A stretch of DNA of 64,000 nt from Macrostomum hystrix. Taxonomy: Eukaryota; Animalia; Platyhelminthes. How positions within the stretch are numbered: the stretch's first letter is position 1; each line of letters opens with the position of its first letter. Below the pieces are notes generated by a model that worked only from the letters and a program-made list of their open reading frames with translations, searched no databases and was not told the DNA's origin. The stretch spans positions 434,001 through 498,000 of the forward strand of contig CATNEN010000039.1 in the NCBI GenBank assembly GCA_950097015.1, given 5' to 3'. Below are positions 36,066-48,838 of the stretch, piece by piece. The position numbers and the translations under genes were made by a program.

Positions 36066-39000
36066 CTACTCCGCATCAAGTGCAGCTTCAGTGACGCGCC
36101 TGGCCAGCTGTTCCAGGTCCGTGTCGATGGCCAGCTCCATCTCTCGCTGGTCCGGAGGCGCCGAGTGGGTCCGCTCCAGAGACCGCCTTTGTTGGTCAGC
36201 TCCTGGAAGCAGCAGCGACTGCGGCGAAGGAGAAGCGCCAGCAGCAGCGTAGGAATTGTGCTTCAACAAAACTTGCTGCTGCTGCTGCTGCGGGTACCAC
36301 TTAGCAGAGGGTGCCAGCGGCAGAGGAAGACTCTGTGCCTGACCCGCAGCGGAAGGCGCTGCCGCAACCGACGTCGCTACTGAAGACTTTTGTGGCGGGA
36401 ATTGTGACCATTGCGGCTGCGGTGGCACAGAGGAGGTCGAAACTACGACAGCTGCCGCGGCTGCAGCGGTTGAGCGAGCAAATCGCGGCGCGGGTCCGCC
36501 GCGGACAGCGGCCAGCTGCGGCTTCCAAGAGGCGCACAAAGATTTCTGGCGGTGTCCAAAGCCGGAATGACCGGCCACAATATCCAGGAGGCCGACAAAG
36601 GAAGCGTAAGTATCGTCCTTGTAGCGAGTGAGGAGCAATTGCGAACACACACGGCGCAGGCAGACCACGAGCAGGTCAGGCAGGTCGGATTCTGGGTCAA
36701 CGGGGGCAGCTATGGCGGCCCGCAGGTCAGTTAGCAGGGAGCGCATCTGGCACCCGCTGAGCGCGCCTTGCCCGTTCTCTGCAGCCGCCAGCGCCCGATC
36801 GCAGGCCTGCAGCAGCAGATGGCGGTCTCGCAGTCGCCGCAGGCTGAGCAGAATTTTGTTCCTGGCACCCTTTGTGACCAGGCGGGCCTCCAGCCAGTCC
36901 TCACTGACCCGCAGCATGTCGGAGTAAGTCATGGCCTGGAAAAGATGAGCGTACTTGTGCAGCCGCAGGCTTTTTAACCAGGATGGTACCTCTCGCATGC
37001 CGGGCCGCCAGCTGGAGGAGGCGCTGACGACGCTCGGCTCGTCCGCAGGTTCCACGGCTGCGACTGCAGCGGCGGGGAGGCCTACAGGCGAAAGCGGGCT
37101 ATGCTCAGCGCTGGCGAAGCCGCTGCTGCAGTTTGGAGATAGGCGGCTGGGACAAAGCTGCTGCTGCTGCTGCTGCTGCACGGCACAGCCGCTGGGTGAC
37201 AGCAGGCTAAACTGCTGTTGAGCCTGTGCTGGAGGTTGGGAGCGGAGGGCCTGGGCAAACCGGGCCCGCTCTGGCCCGTTGAAGGCGGGGTGCAGGAGGG
37301 CCAGGCTGGCCAAATTGCGCCGGATGGCCTCGTCAGTGCGACCGCAGTGCAGAATCCGCTCCACCAGGCTGGCGTGGACCTGGGCCGCCTCGCTGCCAGC
37401 CTGCAGCAGCGGTAGAAGCGACAACATCTCCTTGGCAACTTGTTCTGGCAACTCGGCCGAGGTCGCTAGCAGCTCCTGCATAGCGCATGCACTGTTTGCG
37501 CGGAACTCCAGCTCAGCGAAAAGCAACTGCCCGCCTGACTGCGCAGCTTCTGCTATGCCTGCAGCCAGGCTGGAGTACAGCGGACGAAGGTTACGAAGTA
37601 GACAGGCCAGCACTGACACCTGCGGATTGGGGGAGTGGGTTGGCCAGCACTGACACCTGTGGATCAGGGTAGTAGGTTAGGTTAGCCAGCACTGACACAA
37701 GTGGATCAGGGTAGTAGGTTAGGTTAGCCAGCACTGACACAAGTGGATCAGGGTAGTAGGTTGGGTACGCCAGCACTGACACAAGTGGATCAGGGTAGTA
37801 GGTTGGGTACGCCAGCACTGACACAAGTGGATCAGGGTAGTAGGTTGGGTACGCCAGCACTGACACAAGTGGATCAGGGTAGTAGGTTGGGTACGCCAGC
37901 ACTGACACAAGTGGATCAGGGTAGTAGGTTAGGTTAGCCAGCACTGACACAAGTGGATCAGGGTAGTAGGTTGGGTACGCCAGCACTGACACAAGTGGAT
38001 CAGGGTAGTAGGTTAGGTTAGCCAGCACTGACACAAGTGGATCAGGGTAGTAAGTTAGGTTAGCCAGCACTGACACAAGTGGATCAGGGTAGTAGGTTAG
38101 GTTAGCCAGCACTGACACAAGTGGATCAGGGTAGTAGGTTAGGTTAGCCAGCACTGGCACAAGTGGATCAGGGTAGTAGGTTAGGTTAGCCAGCACTGAC
38201 ACAAGTGGATCAGGGTAGTAGGTTAGGTTAGCCAGCACTGACACAAGTGGATCAGGGTAGTAGGTTAGGTTAGCCAGCACTGACACAAGTGGATCAGGGT
38301 AGTAGGTTAGGTTAGCCAGCACTGGCACAAGTGGATCAGGGTAGTAGGTTAGGTTAGCCAGCACTGACACAAGTGGATCAGGGTAGTAGGTTAGGTTAGC
38401 CAGCACTGACACAAGTGGATCAGGGTAGTAGGTTAGGTTAGCCAGCACTGGCACAAGTGGATCAGGGTAGTAGGTTAGGTTAGCCAGCACTGACACAAGT
38501 GGATCAGGGTAGTAGGTTAGGTTAGCCAGCACTGACACAAGTGGATCAGGGTAGTAGGTTGGGTACGCCAGCACTGACACAAGTGGATCAGGGTAGTAGG
38601 TTAGGTTAGCCAGCACTGGCACAAGTGGATCAGGGTAGTAGGTTGGGTACACCAGCACTGACACAAGTGGATCAGGGTAGTAGGTTGGATACGCCAGCAC
38701 TGACACAAGTGGATCAGGGTAGTAGGTTAGGTTAGCCAGCACTGGCACAAGTGGATCAGGGTAGTAGGTTGGGTACACCAGCACTGACACAAGTGGATCA
38801 GGGTAGTAGGTTGGGTACGCCAGCACTGACACAAGTGGATCAGGGTAGTAGGTTAGGTTAGCCAGCACTGGCACAAGTGGATCAGGGTAGTAGGTTAGGT
38901 TAGCCAGCACTGACACAAGTGGATCAGGGTAGTAGGTTAGGTTAGCCAGCACTGGCACAAGTGGATCAGGGTAGTAGGTTGGGTACACCAGCACTGACAC

Positions 39001-40293
39001 AAGTGGATCAGGGTAGTAGGTTGGGTACGCCAGCACTGACACAAGTGGATCAGGGTAGTAGGTTAGGTTAGCCAGCACTGGCACAAGTGGATCAGGGTAG
39101 TAGGTTAGGTTAGCCAGCACTGACACAAGTGGATCAGGGTAGTAGGTTAGGTTAGCCAGCACTGACACAAGTGGATCAGGGTAGTAGGTTGGGTACGCCA
39201 GCACTGACACAAGTGGATCAGGGTAGTAGGTTAGGTTAGCCAGCACTGGCACAAGTGGATCAGGGTAGTAGGTTGGGTACACCAGCACTGACACAAGTGG
39301 ATCAGGGTAGTAGGTTGGGTACGCCAGCACTGACACAAGTGGATCAGGGTAGTAGGTTAGGTTAGCCAGCACTGGCACAAGTGGATCAGGGTAGTAGGTT
39401 AGGTTAGCCAGCACTGACACAAGTGGATCAGGGTAGTAGGTTAGGTTAGCCAGCACTGGCACAAGTGGATCAGGGTAGTAGGTTAGGTTAGCCAGCACTG
39501 ACACAAGTGGATCAGGGTAGTAGGTTAGGTTAGCCAGCACTGACACAAGTGGATCAGGGTAGTAGGTTGGGTACGCCAGCACTGACACAAGTGGATCAGG
39601 GTAGTAGGTTAGGTTAGCCAGCACTGGCACAAGTGGATCAGGGTAGTAGGTTGGGTACACCAGCACTGACACAAGTGGATCAGGGTAGTAGGTTGGGTAC
39701 GCCAGCACTGACACAAGTGGATCAGGGTAGTAGGTTAGGTTAGCCAGCACTGGCACAAGTGGATCAGGGTAGTAGGTTAGGTTAGCCAGCACTGACACAA
39801 GTGGATCAGGGTAGTAGGTTAGGTTAGCCAGCACTGGCACAAGTGGATCAGGGTAGTAGGTTGGGTACACCAGCACTGACACAAGTGGATCAGGGTAGTA
39901 GGTTGGGTACGCCAGCACTGACACAAGTGGATCAGGGTAGTAGGTTGGGTACGCCAGCACTGACACAAGTGGATCAGGGTAGTAGGTTGGGTACGCCAGC
40001 ACTGACACAAGTGGATCAGGTTAGTAGGTTGGGTACGCCAGCACTGACACAAGTGGATCAGGGTAGTAGGTTGGGTACGCCAGCACTGACACAAGTGGAT
40101 CAGGTTAGTAGGTTGGGTACGCCAGCACTGACAGTTGGAAAGAAAGCACTGTCAAGAGCTTGTCTGAATTGGGATTTCTCACCTGCTCAGGCCCACTTAG
40201 ACTGCCAAACCAGTTGGCAACATGGGCTGCCTCAGCCTGGAAGCTGGGCACTAATAGAGGTGCAGGTGATGGTGAAGGGATTCGTGGCTGCAT
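36066..40293 (-). CDS. SAMD4: Smaug/SAMD4 RNA-binding protein; exons 40293-40183 and 37619-36066
   Basis: N-terminal Smaug region (VANWF..LSGPEQ|VSVLACLL), SAM domain GMREVPSWLKSLRLHKY...VTKGARNKI, RTHSAP and C-terminal LEQLARRVTEAAL; phase-0 GT-AG intron. Confidence 0.92.
37606..40132. repeat. 42-bp minisatellite (~60 copies, several interspersed variants) filling the Smaug intron
   Basis: gccagcactgacacaagtggatcagggtagtaggttaggtta and variants. Confidence 0.98.
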
Positions 40294-42039
40294 TCTCAGG
40301 ATTGCTGACTAGGATGCAGAGATCTGGTGATAGTTGATGATGCCTTGCCCTATTCTGACAGCTGTCAATGCACAATAGATGTAGACAGCAGTGTCAGGTT
40401 GACAGTGTTCAGCTCACTGAAGCAAAAGGATTGAATAAAATAATACAATTCCACAGTATATTAGATTTGTATTTGACAATAGACACATCTCAGAAGTGAA
40501 TCAGCCAACACATTTGTTGGCATATAGGACAAAAAAATAAATGAAAAGACATTATATCAAATTTTTATCAATATACTATTCTTCCTATATCTGATTGCAA
40601 TACAACCAATAGATATTGTATTATATATGAAATATAAAAATTGCAATATCTCAAAATATACAACTCAAAAGCACAAATTTTAAATGTATTTCTAAAAGTA
40701 CTCATGGGGAATAATTCTAATTTAATAGACTTTAAAAATATCAAAGTGGCTAAAAGCTTGGGCCTATCTTAGCTATAGATTTGTATTTAGCCAGGGCCTA
40801 CTATGACAAAATTGAAAAAATTATATGACAAATTAAAAACATTTGGGTAGCTAGGCCTTAATAATTTAAATTCATAACTGTTGCACTTGATACCAACATT
40901 TCAATAGGTTTTTTACCACAATTAAACTTTAAAGCCTTTAAGCTTTTCACCCAAAAATTTGGTGCCATTTGGTACCTTGGGTCAAAATCAGAGTAGGGGG
41001 CCTACCTATTGGCACCTGTCAAGTGTTTATTAAATTAGTTTCTTAATTCCCACACTCATCAATAATCAAGCACAGCATACTCTAGCCTACTCTTCATATT
41101 AATACATTTTTAATGTCATCAGACTTACAACATCATTTTTCATTATTTTTTGCACTGAGACTACACTTACTATTTACATCTAAAAATGCATTGTGATATT
41201 TTTGCACTAGGCCTATCATCAGGTCCAAATACAGAGAGCCAAAAAACTATGTGCCATGGCACAAAGTATGCTCATTGCACAAAAAACCCAGACCAGACAG
41301 ACTAAATTAAAACATTTGTAAGTTTATGTTTTAATTTTTTTATCTCATGGCCATGAGTTACTTTATTTAGCAATTTTAGCTAGGCCCCTAGTCTAGTCCA
41401 ATTTAACAAGATACTACCATAAGGTTCAATAGAAACCAGACTGATACAGGTGAGGCAGAGGCAGACCCGTTTTAATACCGTATAAATTTTAAGTCAAATT
41501 CCCGCCAAAACATTTATTTTACTCGAAGGGTTTGTTTAAAGTGTTAACGTTCTCCCCTCTCCCTTGTGGGGTCGGGGAATATAAATATAACCGCTCGCGG
41601 AGGCAAAAAGGCGGACCTTGACATTTTGGCTAAAAGGCCCCTGAATAATAGCCGTGTAATAAATCAGATTGAAATTGAGTACTGTGTTGATTATTTCTCA
41701 GAGTTGAAGGTTGATTGGACAAAGTCATACGCTAAGAGTCAAATTGAATAAAGGAAGGAATGTTAAATAACCAGATTGAAGCAGGGGATAAAATCCAAAT
41801 TAAGAAAGGAAATTCCAGAGTGAGTGCTATACGTGCGTGGAGACTGGGCAATTTCTATCCATTGGGAGCCTTTAAGGACTGAACAGATTGCCAAATGGTT
41901 AGAGGATAATAATTGGAGTGTCTTGCCGCTCGGACACAATCAATATACGCTACCTAGAGATTTGTTTTCAGGCAATTTGCACCAGTGCATTTAAATCAAA
42001 TTGATTTGGCATAGGTGAATACATACATACATTCGCCTA

Positions 42040-43712
42040 AGAACGGCGTCGATGAGGCTACGAGCCTACGGTGGGAAGCTGATCGCCCTAGCTGGGATCG
42101 CAACAGTGCCCGTCAAGCACCACAGCCGTGAGCTCCAACACGACTTCTACGTCACGAGGTCTGGCGAGAACCTCATCGGCCGCGACCTGATGGAGAAGCT
42201 AGGCTTCCGCGTGCAACTGCAGCCGCCAGCTGAGATCGGTGCCGAGATCGCCAGCGTAGACATCGAACGAGAGTTCCCAACGGTCTTCAGCGGCTCGATC
42301 GGTCTCTGCAAAGGCGCAGTGCACAAACCGAGGATTAACGCAGCGGTGCCACCAGTGCAGCAGCCGCTCCGTCGACTTCCGCTCGCTAAGCAGCAACAAG
42401 TCGGCGAGGAGCTGGACCGTCTGGAGGCCATGGGAATCATCGAACGGGTGAATTCCAGCCCATGGATCTCCAACTTGGTTGTCGCTAACAAGAAGGACGG
42501 AAATATTCGAGTCTGCATTGACGTGCGAGAGCCGAACAAGTCGCTCGTCATCGACCGGCACCCGATGCCGCAGCTGGACGAGATCTCGGCCAAGATCAAA
42601 GCGGCCGGAGGCAGCGTGTTCTCCAAGATCGACCTTAAGGCAGGATACATGCAGATGAAGCTGCACGAGTCATCACGTGACCTGACAGCATTCATTACTC
42701 ACCAGGGTCTGTATCGCTACTGCAGGGTGCCGTTCGGCCTTGCTTCTGCACCGGCGGCATTCCAGAGGATGCTGGACGACCTGGTGTCTGATCTGCAGGG
42801 TGTTGAGCACATCCTGGACGACTTCATTGTCTTCGGAGCAACTGAAGCCGAGCACGACTCGAGGCTGCGAGCACTGCTGAAGCGATTGGAGGACGCCGGT
42901 CTCACTGCCAACAAGGACAAGTGCCAGCTGCGGAGGACTGAGATTGAGTTCTTTGGCTTCATCTTCTCAGCCAACGGCATGCGACCGTCTGAGAGTCAGA
43001 CCAAGGCCTTCAGCGAGCTGCGCCCGCCGACCAACAGGAAGGAGCTGCAGGCGTTCCTGGGATCCGCCAACTATCTGATGCGGTTCGTGCCCAACTTCGC
43101 GGAGGTAACGGCGCCACTGCGGCCTCTGCTGAAAAGCGACGCGGTGTTCGAATGGTCGACGGAGTGCGAGAAGGCATTCGAAACGTTGAAAGCGGCAATC
43201 TGCAGTCCGCCGGTCCTAGCCCACTTCGACCCAGGGGCCGAGACGATCGTCACTAGCGACGCCAGTGCAGAGTCCCTCGGTGCGCAGCTGTCCCAGGTCC
43301 AAGATGGCATCGAGAGGCCGATCGCCTTCGCCATGAACATCATCCAGCTACCAGACACTGCGATGCCTCCGGTACGGGTTGTTACCCCGCAGCAGCTAGC
43401 GATAGCCACAGCCGAGGATGCGGTTCTGCGACAGGTGATTCAGCACGTCACAAGCGGCAACTGGAGCTCTTCATCGGATAGCGAGCTGCAGCCGTACTTC
43501 AAGGTCCGCGAGCACCTCAGCGTCTGGCAGGACGGCGCCTGCCTGGCTTTCCAAGAACGAGCCGTCATTCCCCTGCAGCTGCGGCGCGAGCTTCTGGAGG
43601 CGGCCCATTCTGGACATCCGGGGGTGGTGCGCACCAAGCAGCAGCTCCGCGAGTTCGCCTGGTGGCCAAAGATGGACGCCGACGTCGAGACGTTCGTCCG
43701 AGACTGCGGATT
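42040..43712 (+). mobile_element. Ty3/Gypsy (Mag-like) pol fragment: end of protease, RT, partial RNase H, start of integrase zinc finger
   Basis: NLIGRDL, FSKIDLKAGYMQ, RVPFGLASAPAAFQ, ILDD, TSDAS, ERPIAFA, AHSGHPG..WWP...C; no LTRs seen. Confidence 0.92.
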
Positions 43713-43720
43713 GGTGAGAC

Positions 43721-45069
43721 TCATCACCAATAGCCATCAAAGCAGAGATGGAAGCATGTTCATCACCAATAGCCATCAAAGCAGAGATGGAAGCATGCTC
43801 ATCACCAATAGCCATCAAAGCAGAGATGGAAGCATGCTCATCACCAATAGCCATCAAAGCAGAGATGGAAGCATGCTCATCACCAATAGCCATCAAAGCA
43901 GAGATGGAAGCATGCTCATCACCAATAGCCATCAAAGCAGAGATGGAAGCATGCTCATCACCAATAGCCATCAAAGCAGAGATGGAAGCATGCTCATCAC
44001 CAATAGCCATCAAAGCAGAGATGGAAGCATGTTCATCACCAATAGCCATCAAAGCAGAGATGGAAGCATGTTCATCACCAATAGCCATCAAAGCAGAGAT
44101 GGAAGCATGTTCATCACCAATAGCCATCAAAGCAGAGATGGAAGCATGCTCATCACCAATAGCCATCAAAGCAGAGATGGAAGCATGCTCATCACCAATA
44201 GCCATCAAAGCAGAGATGGAAGCATGCTCATCACCAATAGCCATCAAAGCAGAGATGGAAGCATGTTCATCACCAATAGCCATCAAAGCAGAGATGGAAG
44301 CATGCTCATCACCAATAGCCATCAAAGCAGAGATGGAAGCATGCTCATCACCAATAGCCATCAAAGCAGAGATGGAAGCATGCTCATCACCAATAGCCAT
44401 CAAAGCAGAGATGGAAGCGTGCTCATCACCAATAGCCATCAAAGCAGAGATGGAAGCATGCTCATCACCAATAGCCATCAAAGCAGAGATGGAAGCATGC
44501 TCATCACCAATAGCCATCAAAGCAGAGATGGAAGCATGCTCATCACCAATAGCCATCAAAGCAGAGATGGAAGCATGTTCATCACCAATAGCCATCAAAG
44601 CAGAGATGGAAGCATGCTCATCACCAATAGCCATCAAAGCAGAGATGGAAGCATGCTCATCACCAATAGCCATCAAAGCAGAGATGGAAGCATGCTCATC
44701 ACCAATAGCCATCAAAGCAGAGATGGAAGCATGCTCATCACCAATAGCCATCAAAGCAGAGATGGAAGCGTGCTCATCACCAATAGCCATCAAAGCAGAG
44801 ATGGAAGCATGCTCATCACCAATAGCCATCAAAGCAGAGATGGAAGCATGCTCATCACCAATAGCCATCAAAGCAGAGATGGAAGCATGTTCATCACCAA
44901 TAGCCATCAAAGCAGAGATGGAAGCATGTTCATCACCAATAGCCATCAAAGCAGAGATGGAAGCATGCTCATCACCAATAGCCATCAAAGCAGAGATGGA
45001 AGCGTGTTCATCACCAATAGCCATCAAAGCAGAGATGGAAGCATGTTCATCACCAATAGCCATCAAAGC
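43721..45069. repeat. 39-bp minisatellite (~34 copies) abutting the pol fragment
   Basis: atcaccaatagccatcaaagcagagatggaagcatgytc. Confidence 0.98.
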
Positions 45070-45720
45070 AAAGAAAAAAGTTATCAGATAGTAATCAGAA
45101 GAACTGCTAGAAAGCAAGTGATCGAATGGCTCCCATTTACATGCCAGTCCGTTTCCTCCCTGGAAACATTCCAGTACTTCTTGACTGCATTGACTTGATC
45201 TGCGGAGCACCCTGCAGCTAAGTCAAGTAAATCAAGGCTTGACTGGATTCGTTCAATTTCAGGCCAACTGAATTTCAATCATTAATAATCTTTAGTTATG
45301 CTGCTGAGATTTCTCTGATTTATTTATCACGCTACCGATATTTGGACAAGGATTGTATTTGACGTTAGTCATTGGGCGATTTTATGCTAGACATAAAATA
45401 GTTGTTAGAAAGTTGTGGCAGCGGACTCGAAATACAGTACAGTGAATTTTCATATGCAGAATTCGCAGCATGCAGATGTCCTTACTATTTTTTGTATTGA
45501 CTGGCTTTGAAAATCGAGTCGGTCTGAAATAAAGTTTAGGATCGCATGCAATTCAAAGCAGTAAATATGAGCAGAAATCGCGAATGTCACACAGCCTGCG
45601 AAGCTCAGAGGCTTATTGGAGCCGTCAACTAGGGCTCGAGGACGATAAAAAGACACTGATAGCTCGCACAGATTTGAAGGGAATTCGGCATTGTAAAGCA
45701 TCGTGACAAAAAGCAGAAAT

Positions 45721-47148
45721 TCAGTCGTTCTCTTCCGATGCCGCGGCACCGAATGAGCTGTTCTCCTGGAAGCTGGGGTTCCACACAGCGTCCTGCATAT
45801 CGATCTCGGCGCCTGGGCTGAAGATAGGCTGCTGCGAGCGGCTGCGCCTTAGGCCAAGCGCGCTGCTGCTGCCTGCGAAGCGGACACGCTTAGTCACGAA
45901 AACGATCGCCATCGACACGGCCGCGAGCAGCAGGACCGCCGCCACCACCCCAGCAATGATAATTCCAGCATTCGCACCCGGCGCTCCCGATGCCAGCGCC
46001 GTGGCTTGTTTTCCTGAGTTTTTGGTGGCCGAGGAAGTGGGTCCCGAGCTCTGAGTATAGACCAGGGTAGTCAGTTTCTGATTTAACTCTGCTGTCGTTC
46101 CTGCCATTCCACTGGTTCCTGTCGCATTCGATCTTGATAACTGGTCTCTTGGGGTTGTTGCTGTTGAAATCTGCCTTAATTTTGACGCGGTTCCTGTCGA
46201 AACCACAGATCTAGTGCTTTTAAACTTCGTCATTGCTGCAGACGTCACTGTCGTCCCAATGGAAGTTGACTTAATACCGGAGGAGCCCGCGCACGCGGTG
46301 ACTTGTCCGAGCCTTCGAAAGCAGCTGGCAGTCCGCGATTCGGCTCTGCTGCTAAGAACCAGGTGCAGTCTGCGTGTTGCAAAGTATGAGCAGTTGAGGC
46401 CTGCCGTAGCTGAGATCTGCAACTGTCGTAGTCGCTGGAGGCCGCAGAAGGTGTCGGCAGCTACTGCCAGCTGCCCTGCTCCCGGACTACGAAGGTTAAT
46501 GGTTTCCAAAAGTGGTGAAGGGGCAAAAGAGGCCGCATCTAGACTGACAAACTGATTTTCCGGCAGCTCAAGAATGCGCAGAGATGATAAGCCACGAAGC
46601 AGCGATCCATCGAGGTGGTCGATATCCAGATTGGCCAGGCTCAGCCGCTCCAGATTCCGCAGATGGCTGAAAGCACCGGGTACAACCTCGCTAATCTGCG
46701 GCGTCTCCAGCTGCAAGCTCCGCAGGCGGGCCAACCTAGATGTAAAAACTTCTCCTGGAACACGGCTTTCTGCAAGCCGAAGCCGCAGTGTCAGTCGCTC
46801 TATGTCTCCCAGTGAGTCCAGGCAGCCGGGCAGCAGGCGGCAGTGGCCCTGGCCCGGTGTAAACTGGACACTGAGGTACCCTGGTGGCAAAAAACGAGGC
46901 ACAAGGCCCTCCAGACTGGCTATGGAGAAGTCCCTCGGACCATCCGGCAGGCTAAGACTTACTTGTACTTGAAGTTCTTCGCTGTGGTGCTGAAAGAAGT
47001 AGGCTTTATTATAGCTTTCATTGACCTTGACGCTGCAATTGATCACGCCTGACATCAGCTGACAGGGCATTCGGGTTTCAAACCCTGTAGATGCCACCAG
47101 TGAGGCAAGCAGGCTTGCGGCGCCAAGCAACTCAAGTAAGTTAAACAT
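45721..47148 (-). CDS. Single-exon leucine-rich-repeat type I membrane protein (475 aa)
   Basis: Signal peptide; LRRs (LRSLQLE, FSHLRNLERLSL, LRGLSSLRILELPENQF); S/T-rich stalk; TM IIIAGVVAAVLLLAAVSMAIVFV. Confidence 0.88.
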   Translation of the reverse strand: MFNLLELLGAASLLASLVASTGFETRMPCQLMSGVINCSVKVNESYNKAYFFQHHSEELQVQVSLSLPDGPRDFSIASLEGLVPRFLPPGYLSVQFTPGQGHCRLLPGCLDSLGDIERLTLRLRLAESRVPGEVFTSRLARLRSLQLETPQISEVVPGAFSHLRNLERLSLANLDIDHLDGSLLRGLSSLRILELPENQFVSLDAASFAPSPLLETINLRSPGAGQLAVAADTFCGLQRLRQLQISATAGLNCSYFATRRLHLVLSSRAESRTASCFRRLGQVTACAGSSGIKSTSIGTTVTSAAMTKFKSTRSVVSTGTASKLRQISTATTPRDQLSRSNATGTSGMAGTTAELNQKLTTLVYTQSSGPTSSATKNSGKQATALASGAPGANAGIIIAGVVAAVLLLAAVSMAIVFVTKRVRFAGSSSALGLRRSRSQQPIFSPGAEIDMQDAVWNPSFQENSSFGAAASEEND

Positions 47149-48838
47149 AGCGAATAAAAATGCCTGCGGAGTTTTGACTCGAAAATGACAGATTGAAAAC
47201 TTTGCGAATCGCCCTCGGAATTGGATGCCGCTTGCCTGTCACCGGTGCTTTATGCTGCTGCCAACTATATTATACTTGCCATCGTTATCAAGATAGCCCT
47301 CGGAGGTTAAGTGATAAACATTCGTGTTGTATCATCTGCGTACCCCTCGACCTGCGGGAATACGCATGCTCGTTGGTAAGCAGAATTTCGCAACGCATCT
47401 GTGGTTACTCGCGCCGCTTATCAGACGTTTGCTGAGCTTGCTTTCCGGTTGTGCAACCGGCCGCTACAGGCCTTCTGTTGGACAAAACGCTGGCCCAAGA
47501 GAGCCAGCTAGGCTATGTGTGGAATCTACCAGCAATATTTTCCATTTAGATTTTCTTCGCCAAAGCGCGTTAGTGTTGAAATTCGGATGACCTTCTTCTT
47601 AAGCTCGTCAGCCACTCGGTATTTTCTCCGAGAATGGGACATTCCGGCCGTAGAAGCGTGCATAGCTGCATGGCTCTGAACTCAAAGTATAATAGTTTGA
47701 ACTTGTCTTCCTTTTCCTGCGACCAACTCCAAGAGACTGTCTATGTGGCTCAATAACATGGAAATGTCTCCGAATTTTTTGCCGCCGCCCAGAGCTGTCC
47801 TGTACGAAAAGCACTTTGATAGCTCTGACATCGTCATCATGCAACAAGGGGCTCAGTCTCCTGGTAAGAGCCGAAAGCGACTCAGACCAAAATCTGTGCC
47901 CAAGCCGAGACCTCGAGCTGACAACCAGTTGGATGCTTCAACCACAGAGGAGTCACATCATCCAATGACGAATCAGAATCGTAAGGAATCAATGGCAAGT
48001 CGGGTAGAGCAGAAGCTGACTCAAAAGAGTGTTTGCAAAAGCTGAAAATTATTTTTCTTGGACAGTGAAGATTACCAGCAGATGCTAGGCATGTTTACTT
48101 TCGTATTGCTTCTGAGTACTGGATTCTGTTCAAGCTAATTCTTGAAGACAATTTGTTTCGCAATGCATTCGTTTTAAGTTTTTTGTTTCTATGAATTACT
48201 ACATGAACTGACAGCAATTAGTTAAATGTGTTTTATGTTTTTTCAGCAGAATTTAGTGCTGCCTCTTATTTTCCATGTATATAAGTATTCTCTGTTCCCT
48301 TTGGCTGTCCCTTTTGCTATTTTCTTCACATATTGTTTTCTTTGTACGGAACGACTTTTGTATATACACTGTAAAATATACCGTATCACCGTATTGTATC
48401 ATTGACAGGATTTAGATTTAATCGTATGACTTGACCTAATATACAGATGGACGCAGAATTCATATTTTGCTCAAAGCCTTACATGCGGTTTCCACTGGCA
48501 TTATAGTCACATAGTCCATGATAGTACTTTCAGAGGGGGACGAAAACGAGTTTGTCTATGGCAGTCACGAGCCAATAGGAAGGAACGGGGGGAACGGGAT
48601 GTTAAAAGTGAAGATCGAGCGAAACAAAAATAACCGGCTCAGATTGGCACTCCATTCTATTCTTTCCTCCATGGTTTTGCCTCGTCAATTTGAACGCTGC
48701 CATTAATTTTAAACATATTCGACACTCGATTTGTCTATGGAAGAAAGCCGCGCACTGCCACAGAAGAATATTTGTGGCTTGTCAAAGCTGGTTTCAGATG
48801 TATGAATCCAAAGCACAAATTAAAAAACGCTCACAGTA

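Noticed and set aside
37670-39830. TTAGGTTAG telomere-like motif
   Set aside because: Only about two copies within a longer unit; not a telomeric tract
37591-40008. 805-aa ORF on the Smaug strand
   Set aside because: Product of a stop-free 42-bp unit; out of frame with the Smaug exon and inside its intron
41560-42030. Possible decayed retroelement coding sequence before the pol fragment
   Set aside because: No diagnostic motif recognisable
43471-45210. 579-aa and 447-aa repeat ORFs
   Set aside because: Alternative-frame translations of the 39-bp array
47743-48045. 100-aa ORF between the LRR and Ig genes
   Set aside because: No recognisable domain or splice support
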